Shown here: in pieces, positions 25,610 to 37,035 of the stretch
Layout of the letters: each line of letters begins with the position of its first letter
Position numbering within the stretch: the stretch's first letter is position 1
NCBI RefSeq assembly: GCF_006345805.1
Contig: NC_042997.1
Location: 43,648,001-43,712,000 of the forward strand
Direction: 5' to 3'
DNA from: Octopus sinensis
Taxonomy: Eukaryota
DNA length: 64,000 bases
The notes under the pieces: generated by a model
What the model saw: only the letters and a program-made list of their open reading frames with translations
Databases searched by the model: none
What the model was told of the DNA's origin: nothing
Position numbers and translations under genes: made by a program

Positions 25610-26179
25610 TTGGTGAAGACATTATTTCGGCCTAGCTAAAGGTATCTGGAAAATGTAAAACCATGGGAAAAGTTCTGCTGCAGTGTTAATTTAAATTTGG
25701 CTATGGTGGATCGAATCCACTTCATGCAAGCAAGATTCACTACATACGGCATAGATTAGATTAGATATGTTTCGGTCAAAGTTGACTCAGGCCACGCCTA
25801 ATTTAATAGCACCACCTGGAAGACTTTGTTCTCATCGAGTCGTCACCATGTGACTGAACTCGTTGAGTCGTCACCGACTGATTTTACCTTGAAGTATTCT
25901 TGCTTTTATAACTATCCAGAAGGCTAGATATATCATTAAAAGCAATAGATTTAGTTGGTGGTCTTGTTATCTCTATTCTAGCTTTTGGGGAAGTAGAAGA
26001 GGTTAGAAAGGGTCAAGTAGTGAAAACATTATTTCGGCCTAGCTAATGGCATCTGGAAAATGTAAAACTGCTGTCGGAGAAAAACCATTGTTCCACCATG
26101 GGAAAAGTTCTGCTGCAGTGTTAATTTAAATTTGGCTATGGTAGATCGAATCCACTTCATGCATGCAAGATCCACTACA
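25610..26179 (-). mobile_element. Two partial copies of the solo-LTR family (25610-25744, 25845-26179) separated by a Crack-like LINE tail (25748-25822)
   Basis: Both end in CACTACA like 7835; the middle matches the 3' UTR at 47235-47305 in reverse complement. Confidence 0.8.
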
Positions 26180-26905
26180 CGCTCTTATAACATTACGCAT
26201 TTCAAGCCAGGTGCGCCGGTGTCGTCTCAATCGCAATCTCCGCTTTGATGGTGCTGCAGCCCTGTAGAAGAGGGACGTATGCTGGTAGAAAAGTAGCAAG
26301 AATTTCTGTAAAGACTTAACTTTTGTCCAACCAATACACTATGATTGACAGCTGATCGCAATTTCCACTCACCCTCTGATTTACCGCAAATTACCTACGA
26401 GTTCGGTAATCCCCAGGTCTACGACCGTAAACAACTATGGTTCGGTTACCCGGATGTATGATTTATCTCGCTGCGTAGGGAAACGAGAGGGAGAGCTGCG
26501 GTTTATTCTTGAACGTGATTGATGAAATGTATTTGCTGGGTAACAAATAAATTAAAATGGAATATGAAAAAATATTTCATATAAGGGGAGAGAGGTGCAT
26601 TTATTCAGAATCATCTTGAACCAGGAAAGATCAGTTTCATCGCCGTCACCAATGCTACAAAGGAATACAAATCAAATCAACTGGAATTTCATTACCGTAC
26701 CTTAAAGTACAGGTAAGTGCACTGGTTTGTTTGTTTGTTTTTGTAATATATCTACATAAATACGTAAACAAAATAGTAATGATCAAAAGAAGCTTTCAAG
26801 CTATGTCCTATCGTTTGGACAGTAATTTGCTTCACTGACTCATCTTCTCCGCTCTTCGAGTTCCACGCGACTCATTTACTTCGCTCTTCAACGACAGTCA
26901 CACCG

Positions 26906-28170
26906 AGACGAGCATTCACAACCGCCTTCAAGCTCTCAGTTTCCAGGTTTGCTGAAGAATTTGGAAACCATGCAGCGGGCCGTCACTTCGGGGTTGACGA
27001 ATCTGTTGTCCAACGATGGCGCTCCAATGCGATAAGGGGCAAGATGGTGCAGTGGCCGGAATTGGAGGAGAAGCTTCTCGGATGGGTGAAGGAGAGGAGG
27101 GTGGCAGGACTCGCGGTGTCGACACTCACCCTTCGAATCGAGGCCAAGAAGATCGCGAAAGACATCGGCGTCAGAGACTTCTGCTCCAGCACACGGGCTT
27201 TCCGGTTTATGCGCAGGTAGGATCTGTCCATCAGGCACCATACCCACATTGCACAGTGGCTGCCAGAAGATCTCGACGAGAAAACTGAGAGGTTCCAGTG
27301 GTTTATCATCAATCTGCATGAACGGCATCAGTACCCTCTGAGCCGCATCGGCAACGCAGACCAGACACCCCGCCGCATCGTTCGATCTTCCGATGGTGAT
27401 AGCTGTTGCTGAGAAGGAGGAGAAGGCAGTGGAAATGGTCACGACGGGTCACGAGGAGGACCGTAGTACGGTGATGCTGGCTTGCATGGCTGACAGAGGA
27501 AAGCTGCCACCGTACGTCGTCTTCAAGAGGAAGACACTACCCAAAGACGCCAAGTTTCCGGAAGGTGCCATCGTTCGAACCCAAGCGAAAGGCTGGATGG
27601 ACCCGGCGCTCATCGAGGATTGGCTTCAGGTAGTGTGTGTGTGGGCGGGGGCATCACTGGACTGCATCAGAAAAGGAGCTTCTTGGTTCTGGACGCATTC
27701 AGATGCCACAAGTCAAGAGAAACCAAGGCGAAGATATGACGTCTGAACATCGACATGTCTCAATGATAGCCGGAAGAATGACATCCCTTCTTCAACCCTT
27801 TGACGTTGCAAATCAACAAACTGTTTAAGGAGTGTCTCAAGCACCGCTGGGAGGATTGGATGGCCAATGCACTGAAGGAGACGGCAAAGATCAGGTGCAC
27901 GAAGAAAGTCGACTTGGGGACGATCTGCGAGTGGATCCCGAAGGTTTTGGGAGGAGATTCCAGAAGACATCATCAAGCGGGTTTTCCTGAAGTGCTGCAT
28001 ATCCAACGCGCGAGACATCACAAAAGATGACATCCTGTGGGAAGACGACGATATCTCCCGACTCTTCTGACTCCAGCGATGACGAGGATGAATTGGTATA
28101 TGCAGACGATCAAATCTACGAGGTATTCAATGGGTCGTCTGACGACGAAGAGTTCTTAGGCTTCCAGTGA
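26906..28170 (+). pseudogene. pogo transposase pseudogene of POGK type (Brinker DBD, CENP-B HTH, DDE_1)
   Basis: RRAFTTAFKLSVSRFAEEFGNHAAGRHFGVDESVVQRWR; WPELEEKLLGWV; RIGNADQTP; TGHEEDRSTVMLACMADRGKLPPYVVFKRK; QAKGWMD; ends DDEEFLGFQ*; in-frame stops and frameshifts; GC-rich against background. Confidence 0.88.
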
Positions 28171-28621
28171 AGTCTCTACCCATTAGGGTCGGTCCTCTTT
28201 AGGACCACACATTTTCAAGAAAGAATATAAAGATCACAATATGAATAAACCATATAAACACACCTAATAAAAAGACGTTCTCTTATTATCTCTTGCATTT
28301 AAAACTTGGACTTTATCTTCTTCCATTGATAATTATGAATATCAATGATTGCAGTCGGAAATGTTTGTTAAGTATGAAATCATCATGAAATAGAAGTTTG
28401 TATTCATCGCGCATTTCTCCGTTTTCATTATCCCCCGTTATTTCCTGGTTTCCTCCACGTTTTCCCCCCGTCGGGGACCGAAAATCGGGGTGGGGCAGTT
28501 TATACACGGGTGCAGCTTATACAGCAGCATAGAGCAAGTGGAGAGAAGTAAAGAGAATACGTAATCAAAGCAGTGGGGTAAGCTGTTCAATGTAAGTCAA
28601 TATAATTTATATGCCTTGTTT

Positions 28622-29025
28622 ACAGCACTGGGTTAACCATTAAGCAAGTGCTTAGGGCATCAAGGGAAGGGTGGGGGAATTGGTAAATAGTTTACGACAC
28701 AAAACAACTTTAAACTTGCTAAAATAATATCCTAACTGGTTTATTATGATCGGAAATATAATTTCAAATTCTTCATGATGTCATAGAGAGATTCTGATCA
28801 AACTCTTTATAATTTTTTTAAAAATTAGGAGAAAACTTTTCAAACATAAATAAAGTGGAAATATACAAAAATAAACATTATTTTCCGTCTTACTGTTTTG
28901 TTTCATTTTGAAAATAAAAATTTATTTTATGGTTTATCGCTATTTATATTTTGAATTACATAATCTTTTATGGGGGCACCAAAATCTTTTAAGTGCTTCG
29001 GGCTTCTATAGGTCTTAACCCAACT
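28622..29025. mobile_element. Degenerate hAT-like non-autonomous element
   Basis: GGGTTAACCATTAAG...GTGCTTAGGGC and GTGCTTCGGGC...TCTTAACCC imperfect inverted ends. Confidence 0.4.
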
Positions 29026-29449
29026 TTGTTTGTTTTAACTATTGTGTATTTTATTACACTTTTTCACTCCTCCTCCCTTGTCCTTCTATAACTTATCTAT
29101 CGCCCACCCGCCCACTCACCCACCGTGCACTTATTTGTAAACCTGTTCATTGTTTGTTGTAACTCAGAGAAAAACTTTCGCGCCGTCCAAAATGCCCGAA
29201 GCTGCTTGCTCTATTAACATGCGATATAAATTACTTTAGTCTTCTTTATGAACGTCTGTGAATATTTATTACTCAAGATGTTTCTTGATTTTATTAACCC
29301 TTGAGATTATTGCTATTACTCTTATGTTTACTGTATCCGTTTTCCTCGTGTTAAATAAAGAAAGAAAAAAATCGCTATCCTCCTCCTCCTCCTCCTCATC
29401 ATCATCATCATTCATCATCATCGCCGTCGTCGTCGTCGTCATCATCATT

Positions 29450-30012
29450 GAGTGAGAGAGAGCAGCACATACCATCAAGTGATACCGGGATACAAATATA
29501 CGAAACCCAATTCACTCATCATGGCTACCCGTCTGATAAGGGTACACCAGGAACACGCATCACAGCCACCTATACGCGACATGGTGACCTCATATCAAGA
29601 TAAACGGCGCATGACCTTGCAAGTGGTGGGGAGGGCTGGTTAGAATTTTCTTCAGGTCGTGTAGCCCATCCCGTTCAAAAGGTCCCTGAATAAGGGTTGT
29701 TTAAGGATGTTGAACGAAATTTATGTTTCCAGAGGTGAATTATTCAAACCCCCAAAGAATCCTTCTCAACACATGGCTATGATGCTCCCTTACTACTTCT
29801 CCTCGTGATCAGAGATGCACATATCGTCAGCCACTAAGGGACATGTTCAACTGGTTAAAGTCAAACTACTGACAAGCAAATCTTTGGTACTGAGCAGAAT
29901 ATTTGCTGTAGCCCATCTTTTACACAAAGACAAAGCATGTATATAGTAACACTTCCAATCAGTTAAGATCAGAAGCCAAGAGAGCCAGTACCTGGTATTG
30001 CATCAGGGCATT
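29450..30012 (-). mobile_element. ~560-bp non-coding interspersed element flanked by ATC/GTC/ATT-type repeats
   Basis: Sharp boundaries; minus-strand end ...CTCTCTCACTCAATGATGAT runs into a trinucleotide array; no ORF, no Pol III boxes seen. Confidence 0.55.
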
Positions 30013-30019
30013 TATTAAA

Positions 30020-30200
30020 TAATATCTTTTCTACTATAGGCACAAGGCCTGAAATTTTGATTATATCGATCCCTGTGCGCAACTGGTACTTATTTCATCG
30101 ACCCCGAAAGGTTGAAATAAATACCAGTTACGCACTGAGGTCGATATAATAGACTAGCCACTCCCCCAAAATTTCAGGCTTTGTTCCTATAGAAGAAAGG
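30020..30200 (-). mobile_element. SINE group A tail fragments
   Basis: CTACTATAGGCACAAGGCCTGAAATTT...TCGACCCCGAAAGG. Confidence 0.7.
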
Positions 30201-30255
<55 letters not shown>

Positions 30256-30554
30256 GTTTGACTTTTGCTTTATATTTGTACAAGTTGGCTCCAAGTCTCA
30301 CCCAGAGACCTCAAGAGACAACAGGTTGGAAGTTCACGTTGTTGTTATGCCTAGTATGCCATATATTTGGTTGTTTTTTGTGTTGTACTGGTGGATGTCT
30401 AAAAAATAAAAAAAAAATAAAAAAAATTAAAAATAAAAATTAAAAATTAAAAATTAAATTAAAAAATTAAAAATTAAAAATAAAAATATATTATTATTAT
30501 TATTATCATTATTGTTGTTGTTGTTGTCGTCGTCGTCGTCGTTGTTGTTGTTGT

Positions 30555-31115
30555 TGTTTTTCTCAGAACGTTCTGTCTTGTTTGTTCTGGTTGATTCTGT
30601 AAGGACGGACAGCAGCCTGCCGTCAGAGGTCTCACAGGGTCTCTTTCCGCACATTATAAGCTTTGATAATTGGTCGTTAATTATCATGTCAGCCATTCAA
30701 CACCCAATCACCAATCTCAAAATCCTATCTATCTCTAGCAGAGCAGTTTTGGGGGCTTGCTCTGCTCTCATGTCAATTCCGATTTCCTTGACATTTCTCG
30801 AACTTGGTTGCTCCGAGTGGCCCCTACAACCACTGGAATGACAGACACTCTCCTCATGGTCCACATTCTTGCAGTTTCGTCTTTTAGTAGTCTGTACTTT
30901 TCAATCTTTTCGAGTTCTTTGTCACTTATGCCTGCATCTCCAGGTATTGCAATATCTATGATCTTGATTTCCTCCCCCCCCCTTTATCCACCACAACAAT
31001 ATCTGGTTTTCGAGCCTCGATTAGGGGGTCACACTGGATTGTAAAATCTCACAGTACCTTATGTTCCTTGTTCTCGGTGACTCCTTCTGGTGACTTCTTT
31101 ACGCCGTACTTTTCC
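30555..31115 (-). mobile_element. R4/Dong-clade 3' fragment, family 2
   Basis: WRLWEKYGVKKSPEGVTENKEHKVL*DFTIQCDPLIEARKPDIVVVDK; IIDIAIPGD; IEKYRLLKDE; IPVVVGA; KTALLEIDRILR; tail in (CAA)/(TAA) repeats. Confidence 0.85.
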
Positions 31116-31116
31116 C

Positions 31117-31560
31117 ATAGTCTCCATATCATTATCCTTATTATCATTCAATAGTCTTATTTTTATCACGCGCTTTCACTTCACTACCGAGCGCAGCTCT
31201 GTGCGCCTTGGGTACATGCTGTGGTTTGTTGTGATGCTCTTATTTTCACTGTATTGAAAGTGTTTTACGTGGGATGTGTGCGGTACCTTATAGTGCTATT
31301 TTCTGCATGTTATATATATTTGTAAGTCCTGGTGTTTTTGTTATGTATTTATCTGAATATTTTTTTATCATACCTAATGCGCCTATTATGATAGACTCCA
31401 CATTTGAGTTACTCTAATTCCAGGTCTTTGTATTTTGAAAGTTTCTCCATTTCCTTTAGAGAAACGTTGTCATCTGTTGGTATTGATACATCAATTAGGA
31501 AGCATTTTTTTCTTGATGATCTCTGATAACTATATCAGGCCTATTGGCCTTAATTTCTCT
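31117..31560 (-). mobile_element. R4/Dong-clade 3' fragment, family 3
   Basis: NRPDIVIRDHQEKKCFLIDVSIPTDDNVSLKEMEKLSKYKDLELE; MQKIAL; 3' UTR ...AAAGCGCGTGATAAAAATAAGACTATTGAATGATAAT, also at 34612-34692. Confidence 0.85.
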
Positions 31561-32176
31561 GTGTGTATTGGTATATCCCGTTAACAAACGGCAGCAATAC
31601 CGTTCATAAATTAAATAACACTAACATATTTTTTATTATACATACATTTTAACACATTACAGTATACTCACATATATACATACATCTTATACATCGATCT
31701 AAAACAACAGGATTACTAAAGGAAGGCCGGAATTTAAGAGAAAACCAAAAGGTCTCATACTATTCATTTGAAAATTCTTGAGTAGAATTTATTATTATTA
31801 CCCCCCCCCCTTTGAAGCTATTTTGAATGTTGAATTTGTTTACTTTGGCTTGTATTAGATAAGGATAAGCTATTTATTACTTTTACTAAATTTTCTACAT
31901 CCCACGATTATCACTGGGATCGATCCGGTACCGAACAAGGATTCTGGATTATTTTTCCGGTTTTTTTTTTTTTTTACTTAATTTTTGAGAGCAGTTGGGT
32001 TCATTTTTAGTATTCTCGTTTCTGAGAGAATACAAAAAATGAATATTATTATTATTATTATTTTTGTTGTTGTTGCTGTTGTCATTATTATTATTATTAT
32101 TATTATTATATTATTATTATTATTATTATTATATTATTATTATTACTATTATTATTATTACTATTATTATTATTAT

Positions 32177-32500
32177 TAGGTGGTGAGCTGGCAGAATCGT
32201 TAGCACGCTGGGCAAAAATGCCTAGCGGCATTTCGTCCGTCTTTACGTTCTGAGTTAAAATTTCGCCGAGGTCATCTTTGCCTTTCATCCTTTCGTGGTC
32301 GATAAATTAAGTACCAGTGACTAGTCTCCTCCCCTCAAATTTCAGGCCTTGTGCCTATAGTAGAAAAATTTATTATTATTATTATTACTAAGGTCGACTT
32401 AACCTTTCATTCTCTCGGGATCGGTTAAATAAAGGACCATTTCAAGACAGGGATCAATATGATCGAGTAGCCCCTTCCCTCAGAAGTTCAGGGTTTGTGT
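32177..32500 (+). mobile_element. SINE group A following an (ATT)n array
   Basis: GGTGGTGAGCTGGCAGAATCGTTAGCACGC head through CCTTGTGCCTATAGTAGAAA tail; second partial copy. Confidence 0.85.
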
Positions 32501-32802
32501 TTATAGTAGAAAGTATTACTATTGTAGTTGTTGTTGTTGTTATCTACCCAATATAATCACTACACATGTTAAGGTAACAGACTACACCTTCCTAATTAGG
32601 TAATAATGCGCCATTGAAGCCCCACCCCCCAAACTCACTACAAACGACTACTTCTCTGATTGGTCGTTGTTTAGCCCCAGGTCAGCTTTGATTGAATAAA
32701 TCAGTTGTTGAACACTTTCTAATTGTGTTCATCCCATTTTTTTGTATACCAATGGCTAATTCTTTCAATATAATAATAATTATTATTATTAATTTATTAT
32801 TA

Positions 32803-32865
<63 letters not shown>

Positions 32866-32867
32866 CT

Positions 32868-33660
32868 TTTTTTTTCTTCTTTCAAATTTGCTTCCATTTC
32901 TTGCCGAGTGTCTTCCCGACTCCTAGAGCAAAGAAACTCATAGTATACATTCGTAGGCCATTAAACTAAACTCACTAGTTTGTTCATTTTTTTAAAGTTA
33001 AATTAAAATACATGGGTAGTAATAGTTCTCACATCGACAATGCTCTTCTCAATACGTGTGATGTACCAGTTAAGACAATCTTTTGCACTTCTTGCAGGGA
33101 TGGTAAGCCAGGGATCATTCTCATATAATTTTCGGTTCCCTTCTTGATCATTCCTAGTGCTCCTACGATCACTGGTATTGTAACCGCCTTGAGATGCCAC
33201 ATTTTCTCAATTTCAATGAGTAGGTCTTTATATTTTCTGAGCTTGTCAAACTCTTTCCCCGAGATGTTATGATCACAGGGGATGCTCATATCGATCAATA
33301 AGCAAACTTTATTGTTTTGGTCTTTCACAACAATATCTGGTTTATTGGCTTTGATGGTTCGGTCTGTATGTACTGGAAAGTCCCACAGAATCGTTACATT
33401 TTCTCCTTCAGTTACAGCTTCAGGGTGGTGATTATACCACTTGTCGGCAGTTTTGATATTGTAATGCCGACTTATTAGCCAGTGTAGATATTGGCCAACT
33501 CTGTCATGTCTTAATTTATACTCCACTGGTGCTAAGACTTTACATCCAGAGATTAGGTGGTCCACTGTTTCAATCATATCGTTGCAGAATCGGCATTTTG
33601 GGTCTGCTCCATTTTTCATCACATTGGCCTGGTAGTTCCGGGTTAATAGGCTTTGATCTT
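32868..33660 (-). mobile_element. Young 5'-truncated R4/Dong-clade non-LTR element (CCHC knuckle plus restriction-like endonuclease), open ORF 33029-33658
   Basis: CRFCNDMIETVDHLISGC; NKPDIVVKDQNNKVCLLIDMSIP (PD-D motif); IPVIVGALG; stop at 33029; (TAA)n on both sides. Confidence 0.93.
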
Positions 33661-33662
33661 GA

Positions 33663-33739
<77 letters not shown>

Positions 33740-33813
33740 CCACCATCACCATCACCATCATCATCATCATCACCATCACCATCATCATCATCATCATCAT
33801 CATCATCATTATC

Positions 33814-33857
<44 letters not shown>

Positions 33858-34155
33858 GTAAACCCAGCAGTGTCTGACGTTGGGGGTCATTTGGTTGTTA
33901 CTTTGTCCCTTCAGCAATTGAAAGAGCAAAGTCAACGTTCCTCAGTCGGCCTGGTTTCTCTTGACTACCACAAATCCATTTGCATCCCGGTCGACACCGC
34001 TTTTCCCCAAATAAGGACCAGCTAAGTGATGGCTCGGCCGGTCAATAGATTCGACTTATTAAGGCCTTCGTTGAGTAGGGTTCACCATGGTTGTCACACC
34101 CCGTTTGGTTGTCCTTTCTAGGGCAGCGTTTCTTGTGCCTAAGAAGTCCTATGAC

Positions 34156-34923
34156 CAGTGGCGGCTCGTAAATAAAAGTAATGGGGGCGCTGCTTTAGAA
34201 AACTTTTAGCCGTTGTTCTAATATTGTGTAAAAGGAAACAAACATATAAAAAGAATCTTTATACACAAACTTGATCGGTTCGCGTTTCAGCCACTGCCAG
34301 GTAGTGTGTTTAAATTGTTCACTGAACAACGCCGCGAATTCCCCATCGTTTTTCAAAAATCCCCCTTAACTCACAAAATAGGGGGAGGGGGGAATCTGCC
34401 CTGTTTTTCAAATCCTAGCAGCATCACTGAAGCTGGAAGCAGGATAATAATCTAATTCTACACTTTATCACATTCAAAATATAAACACGTTTTTAAGCAC
34501 AAACACGCGGAGTCAAAAAGAAACACTACCTTTCACCTGCACCGCGTGAATAACAGCGCTCTCTCTCCCTAGCGTGAAACTTCCTATCAATAGATTCGAC
34601 TTATTTTCACAAAGTCTCCATATTATTATTCTTATTATCATTCAATAGTCTTATTTTTATCACGCGCTTTCACTTCACTACCCAGCGCAGCCAAACACCG
34701 CGTCGCTGGAGCTGTGAAGTGCTCAGTTCTATACATGGATTTTAGTATTTTTTTGATAAACTAAGGGATGGCTACTGACTTTAAGCTTAAGGATTATATA
34801 ATGTACAAATATAAAGAAAGAATTAAAGAAAAAAAGGACTCATTATACTGGATGTTATCGATGATATCAAATGGAAACAGGGGGCGCTGCAGTTCCGCAG
34901 CTCCAGTACACGAGCCGCTACTG
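34156..34923. mobile_element. hAT non-autonomous element, 768 bp
   Basis: TIRs CAGTGGCGGCTCGT / ACGAGCCGCTACTG; 8-bp TSD CCTATGAC / CCCATGAC; subterminal GGGGGCGCTGC. Confidence 0.8.
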
Positions 34924-34944
34924 CCCATGACAGAATGGAAGAAC

Positions 34945-35300
34945 CACATCTCTACCCCACGCTCACCCCAACCCACACCCCACCCTTACTTACCCCACCC
35001 TCGCCTCCCAAACACACCAACACACCACACTACACACCACCACACCACACACCACCATACCACACCACACCGCATCATACCACCCCGCAAACACTAATAC
35101 CCTCACCATCATCCACACACCTATACATGCACACACGTACACGTCAAGGTCACCAGCCCCTATCCACACGCACATACACACACGCACATACACACGCACG
35201 CGCACCTTCGTTTTGAGATCACCACTACTCTTTTACCTCCCCTTCTTCCTAGCTCACCTGTCTGACCACCTCTGTCCGGCATTCGCCATGGTTGATCGCT
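34945..35300 (+). repeat. Interspersed CA-rich repeat, homologous to 52250-52640 (probable PLE terminal region)
   Basis: Shared CACGTCAAGGT(C/A)ACCAGCCC...GCACCTTCGTTT...GATCACCACTA...GTCCGGCATTCGCCAT...GATCGCTAGC. Confidence 0.7.
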
Positions 35301-35515
35301 AGCCACTAAAGTGATGAACAGAGGTATGCACGGCTGACAAGGAATAGGATTTCCACTGTGGAATGAAGAACAATTGCAACAGCTCAGAGAATAGCAAATT
35401 CTATGAAGCAGCTTTCAATTATGATCCAGCAATTCATTATGCAGACGACACTACAGTTTGCAAGAACGTAGCAGAGTACAGTATAAAGCTTGTCCACCTT
35501 CAGTGGAAGAGCTTT

Positions 35516-35567
<52 letters not shown>

Positions 35568-35578
35568 TTGTGTGTGTG

Positions 35579-35880
35579 GAGGCACATGGCCTAGTGGTTA
35601 GAGCAGTAGACTCGCGGTCGAGGGATCGCGGGTTCGAATCTCAGACCGGACGATGTATGTGTTTATGAGCGAAACACCTAAGCTCCACGCGGCTCCGGCA
35701 GAAGGTAATGGCGAACTTCTGTTGACTCTTTCGTCACACCTTTCTCTCATTCATTCCTCCTGCATCTCGCAGCTCACTTGTGAGGGACCGGCGTCCCGTC
35801 CAGGTAGGGAGCCTATACGCCAAGGAAACCGGGAAACCGGTCCTATGAGCCAGGGATTGCTCGAGAAGGAACAAACAAAG
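35579..35880 (+). mobile_element. SINE with a group-R-like tRNA head but a different 3' tail (second copy 36677-36978)
   Basis: GGAGGCACATGGCCTAGTGGTTAGAGCAG...GGTTCGAATCTC head; tail GTCCCGTCCAGG...GGAAACCGGGAAACCGGTCCTATGAGCC. Confidence 0.8.
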
Positions 35881-35947
<67 letters not shown>

Positions 35948-35959
35948 TATATATAAACA

Positions 35960-36340
35960 AAGCAAGAAATGGAACAAGAACGCACAGGCGACAACAAAAC
36001 ATTCGGACAGTTAGACGATGCAAAAAAGGACAGGAAAAAAAAAGGACGGGTCATTCGGAATTTTCAATCTTCAGTCGAGTACTAGATCGTCTTTGCAGTT
36101 TCCGCCGGTTACTCTCGAGACTGCTCTAATCTGGCCGGCCCCAAGAAAATCTAACCTATGAGCACTAGATTCTTTGGAAGAAAGCAAGCGAATATATAGG
36201 AAAACAAGGACGAAAAAAAACGGAGAAATAGTACACAATTACAAATGCAAATAAGAGGACATTAACAACAGGTGTCTTTCGACCAAGGACGAATTGAATT
36301 AAGCTGGCGTGTGTGGAAGTGAAGCCTTACAACAGGATAG
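35960..36340 (-). mobile_element. Unclassified repeat (probable PLE pLTR); other copies 37035-37380 (-), 50730-50880 (+), 51660-52020 (+)
   Basis: Shared GAAAGACACCTGTTGTTAATGTCCTCTTATTTG...CTCGAG...CGACTGA(A/G)GA motifs; ends in (TA)n. Confidence 0.65.
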
Positions 36341-36606
36341 GTAGACAGCCTATCTACCTACCTATATTTCTATCTGTCCATCTCCATTATCATGGAACCT
36401 CACCCCTCCCCCCCCAAAAACAATGTGCTCTTCTAAACAAAACCTCCAAAAAAACATTTTATATAAATGAACAAGTTGTTTGTACATTCACAAAATTATA
36501 TTTGACAAGTTCCAGAAAGGGACGAAAGCGCTATTAATAATGAAGAAATAAAAATATTTTTCTTCCAAAATTCTGACGACTTTTTTCTCAATGTGTGTGT
36601 GTGTGA

Positions 36607-36647
<41 letters not shown>

Positions 36648-36977
36648 GTGTGTGTGTGTGTTGTGTGTGTGTGTGTAGGCACATGGCCTAGTGGTTAGAG
36701 CAGTAGACTCGCAGTCGAGGGATCGCGGGTTCGAATCTCAGACCGGGTGATGTATGTGTTTATGAGCGAAACACCTAAGCTCCACGCGGCTCCGGCAGAA
36801 GGTAATGGCGAACTTCTGTTGACTCTTTCGTCACACCTTTCTCTCATTCATTCCTCCTGCATCTCGCAGCTCACTTGTGAGGGACCGGCGTCCCGTCCAG
36901 GTAGGGAGCCTATACGCCAAGGAAACCGGGAAACCGGTCCTATGAGCCAGGGATTGCTCGAGAAGGAACAAACAAAG

Positions 36978-37035
<58 letters not shown>

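Noticed and set aside
29950-30010. Short resemblance to U2 snRNA (ATCAGTTAAGATCAGA; CCTGGTATTGCA)
   Set aside because: Two short disjoint matches, no Sm site, wrong spacing
33940-34110. Possible HDV-like ribozyme on the minus strand (CTGGT...ACCAG as P2)
   Set aside because: No convincing 7-bp P1, L3 lacks the CC needed for P1.1, J4/2 motif unclear
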